A stretch of DNA of 60,027 nucleotides, filler included. It is 4 parts of 4 records of this genome, joined end to end, with 100 filler letters (N's around TTAATTAATTAA, not from the genome) between each part and the next. Parts side by side here need not be neighbours in the genome. Positions count along the whole stretch, not along the records: positions 49,555 to 60,027 come from SRR31156797_6659; 3 more parts are not named here. One strand, written 5' to 3'. Shown here in pieces: positions 57,353-60,027 of the stretch (positions are counted from its first letter, which is position 1; the number at the start of each line of letters is the position of its first letter). The position numbers and the translations under genes are program-made. The notes beneath the pieces were generated by a model. It was not told where the DNA came from. It saw only the letters and a list, made by a program, of their open reading frames with translations, and ran no database searches.

Positions 57353-58639
57353 ATGAAAATACTAAAAAACAAGAGGATCTTTGTTCTGGCTTTTTTGGCG
57401 GTGTTTTTTGTGTGTAGCGGACAAGTCATGGGGGCTGACGTCATCAAGATAGCCTACATCGATCCATTGTCCGGGCCATTTGGAAATGTCGGCGATGCCG
57501 GCCAAAAGCATTTCCAGTACATGGCCGACCTGATCAACGCCAAGGGAGGCGTTTTAGGCGGCAAGAAGTTTGAAATCGTGCCTTTTGACAATAAGATCAG
57601 CCCTAAGGAAACCCTGGTGCAATTGAAAAACGCCATTGACCAGGGCATCCGTTTTGTCACCCAGGGAAACGGTTCCAGCGTTGCCGGGGCCATTATCGAA
57701 GCGGTCAACAAGCATAACAAAAGAAATCCCGACGACAGGGTGGTTTATTTCAATTATGCCGCGGTTACGCCGGCGTTTACCGAAGAAAAATGCAGTTTCT
57801 GGCATTTCCGTTTCGACGCCCACGTAGACATCAAGATAGCGGCTATTACCGAGCACATCAAAGCCCGGCCGGAAATTAAAAAGATATACCTCATCAACCA
57901 GGATTATATCTTCGGTCATTCGGTCAGCGATGCAGCCAAACGCTTCCTTAAAGAAAAACGCCCGGACATCCAGGTAGTGGGCGATACCTTCCATCCTCTT
58001 GGAAAAGTGAAAGATTTTTCACCTTACATCGCCAAAATACAGGCTTCCGGGGCCGACACCATTATTACCGGCAACTGGGGCGTCGACCAGTCCTTATTGG
58101 TAAAGGCGGCCAAGGATTCCGGCCTTGAAGCCGAATTCTACACCTTTTACGGCGGCGGCCTGGGCAGTCCCTCGGCTATTGGCGCGGCCGGCGAAAACCG
58201 GGTAAAACAGGTGACGGAATGGCATAACAATTTGTGGTTTGAAGAAAACAAACCTGAAGATAAAGCATTTTACACCGCATTTCAGGACAAATATGCCGTG
58301 GGCAAGAACGCAACCCTGGAATATTACTACGGTCGGATCCGCACCATGATGGAAATGGTGGCCAAAGCTTTTGACAAAGCCGGCAGCACCGATCCCACGG
58401 CCGTGGCTTTTGCCCTCGAAGGCATGAAGCACGAAACCTATTACGGAACCGTGGTTATGAGGGCCGAGGATCATCAATTGATCCAGCCCATGTATATCTC
58501 CACCATGGTCAAGGCCAATACCGATACCACGAAATTCGACGTTGAAAACACAGGTCTTGGTTGGCGGACCGACATGCGCGTGGAAGCTGAAAAAACAGCA
58601 ATGCCCACGGTCTGCAAAATGAAGAGGCCCAAAAAATAA
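57353..58639 (+). CDS. branched-chain amino acid (Liv/HAAT) ABC transporter substrate-binding protein
   Basis: signal peptide; IKIAYIDPLSG, KDFSPYIAKIQASGAD, MRAEDHQ; AAGGA RBS. Confidence 0.92.
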   Translation: MKILKNKRIFVLAFLAVFFVCSGQVMGADVIKIAYIDPLSGPFGNVGDAGQKHFQYMADLINAKGGVLGGKKFEIVPFDNKISPKETLVQLKNAIDQGIRFVTQGNGSSVAGAIIEAVNKHNKRNPDDRVVYFNYAAVTPAFTEEKCSFWHFRFDAHVDIKIAAITEHIKARPEIKKIYLINQDYIFGHSVSDAAKRFLKEKRPDIQVVGDTFHPLGKVKDFSPYIAKIQASGADTIITGNWGVDQSLLVKAAKDSGLEAEFYTFYGGGLGSPSAIGAAGENRVKQVTEWHNNLWFEENKPEDKAFYTAFQDKYAVGKNATLEYYYGRIRTMMEMVAKAFDKAGSTDPTAVAFALEGMKHETYYGTVVMRAEDHQLIQPMYISTMVKANTDTTKFDVENTGLGWRTDMRVEAEKTAMPTVCKMKRPKK

Positions 58640-58701
58640 CACCCCGCAACAAAGCCTTGGACCAGAGATGCGGTCGGTTGGAGTGTTTTGACTAATTTAG
58701 G

Positions 58702-58740
58702 ATCTGTCCGTCTTTTTCAAGAGGCGGACAGATTTTTTTT
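58702..58740 (+). terminator. intercistronic terminator-like hairpin after the binding-protein gene
   Basis: ATCTGTCCGTCT...AGGCGGACAGAT followed by T8. Confidence 0.7.
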
Positions 58741-58823
58741 AAATCAGGTCTGTTGAGACATTCAAAATATGACAGTTGCATCGCCAGGATAGTTGCCAGG
58801 ACCCGCCGGATAAAGAGAGTCCA

Positions 58824-59777
58824 ATGTTTGAATACATCATTTTTTCGCTGCTTAACAGCCTGCTGTACGGCATGCTTCTGTTCATGCTCTCCAGCGGGCT
58901 GACCCTGATTTTCAGCATGATGGGCGTGCTGAATTTCGCCCACGCCAGCTTTTATATGCTCGGGGCTTATTTTGCCTATCAGGTAAGCGTTTATATAGGC
59001 TTTTGGCCGGCATTGATCATTGCGCCGCTCCTGGCCGGCGCTCTGGGCGCGCTGGTCGAAAGATTCGGTCTGCGCACGGTTCATAAATACGGTCACGTGG
59101 CCGAGCTACTGTTCACGGTCGGCCTGGCCTTCCTGATAGAAGAAGCCGTTATTCTTATCTGGGGCCGCAACGCCGCGGATTACAGGGTGCCGGAAGTATT
59201 GGACTTTCCCTTGTTCACCCTGTTTTCCACCGAATTTTCGGCGTACCGCGGCTTTATGCTCCTTATTGCCGTGTTAATGTTCGCCGCTCTGTACCTTCTC
59301 CTGACGCGCACTCGGATCGGTCTTATAATTCAGGCCGCCCTCACTCATCCGGACGGCGTCAGCGCACTGGGGCATAACGTGCCCTTGGTCTTCATGATGG
59401 TTTTCGGCGGAGGCAGCGCACTGGCCGCACTGGCCGGAGTCATCGGCGGCAACTACCTGATCACAGAACCGGGCATGGCCCGAATGCTGGGGCCGATCGT
59501 TTTCGTTGTCGTCGTCGTCGGCGGCATGGGCTCTTTGACCGGTGCTTTTGTTGCTTCATTGCTTTTAGGCGCGATCCAGACGTTTGCCGTTGGCCTGGAA
59601 TATTCCCTCACCGACCTGTTCGCGCTTTTCGGCGTCACCTTAAATTTTTCAGGCGGCATTCTACGGGATCTGTTCCGCATTCAAATCGCTCACACCGGGC
59701 CGATACTGCCCTACCTGTTTTTAGTATTAATGTTGATTTTCCGCCCCAAAGGCCTTATGGGGACGCGTGAATCATGA
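58824..59777 (+). CDS. livH: Liv-type ABC permease (LivH-like)
   Basis: GLTLIFSMMGVLNFAH, RTRIGLIIQA, VVVVVGGMGS, RPKGLMG. Confidence 0.9.
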   Translation: MFEYIIFSLLNSLLYGMLLFMLSSGLTLIFSMMGVLNFAHASFYMLGAYFAYQVSVYIGFWPALIIAPLLAGALGALVERFGLRTVHKYGHVAELLFTVGLAFLIEEAVILIWGRNAADYRVPEVLDFPLFTLFSTEFSAYRGFMLLIAVLMFAALYLLLTRTRIGLIIQAALTHPDGVSALGHNVPLVFMMVFGGGSALAALAGVIGGNYLITEPGMARMLGPIVFVVVVVGGMGSLTGAFVASLLLGAIQTFAVGLEYSLTDLFALFGVTLNFSGGILRDLFRIQIAHTGPILPYLFLVLMLIFRPKGLMGTRES

Positions 59778-60027
59778 GCGACAAACAAAAAAAATCTTCA
59801 ATTAAGATTCCTTGGCGGAAAGTTGCTTTTTACCTGGCCCTTATTGCAATCGTCGCCGCCTTGCCTTTGTTTGTAAAATCCAGATTCATGCTCTCCATGC
59901 TCATCGAAATGGGCATCGCCATTATTTTCGCACTGGCGTACAACATGCTCCTGGGCCAGGGAGGCATGCTTTCTTTCGGGCACGCCGTATATTTCGGCCT
60001 TGGCGGCTTCATAACCATTCACGCCTT
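59774..60027 (+). CDS. livM: Liv-type ABC permease (LivM-like), 3' partial
   Basis: ATG overlaps the livH TGA; FALAYNMLLGQGGMLSFGHAVYFGLGG; runs off the window. Confidence 0.85.
   Translation, partial: MSDKQKKSSIKIPWRKVAFYLALIAIVAALPLFVKSRFMLSMLIEMGIAIIFALAYNMLLGQGGMLSFGHAVYFGLGGFITIHA

Overview
The window is not one locus. It is four unrelated contigs joined by 100-nt artificial linkers (N-runs around TTAATTAATTAA) at 19344-19443, 42799-42898 and 49455-49554. Contig A (1-19343) is Bacteroidota-like (TAnnTTTG promoters, fused ccoNO, DUF4492-cydAB, T9SS sorting domains). It carries yidC, a complete cbb3 oxidase cluster divergent from an HMA/DsrE/cytochrome bd operon, a T9SS-cargo thioredoxin-like gene with an in-frame UGA at the first Cys of CxxC, two back-to-back gene remnants, and a TetR with an EF-hand-like loop. 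Contig B (19444-42798) is probably Desulfobacterota and carries DMT/AI-2E transporters, purL, a PIF1/HRDC helicase, HDOD, prfC, prmA and an unannotated rhodanese with two in-frame UGA codons at both active-loop Cys positions, upstream of a B12 radical SAM gene. Contig C (42899-49454) has a class-A-like serine hydrolase, pldA, a class C acid phosphatase and a large protein with an L,D-transpeptidase SHGC motif. Contig D (49555-60027) has a CPBP protease, a racemase, an FrhB-like/iorA/iorB operon and a Liv-type ABC transporter. The strongest novel signals are the two candidate selenoproteins, both of which the ORF track splits or truncates. Taxonomic and family calls come from motif recognition only; no database search was run.
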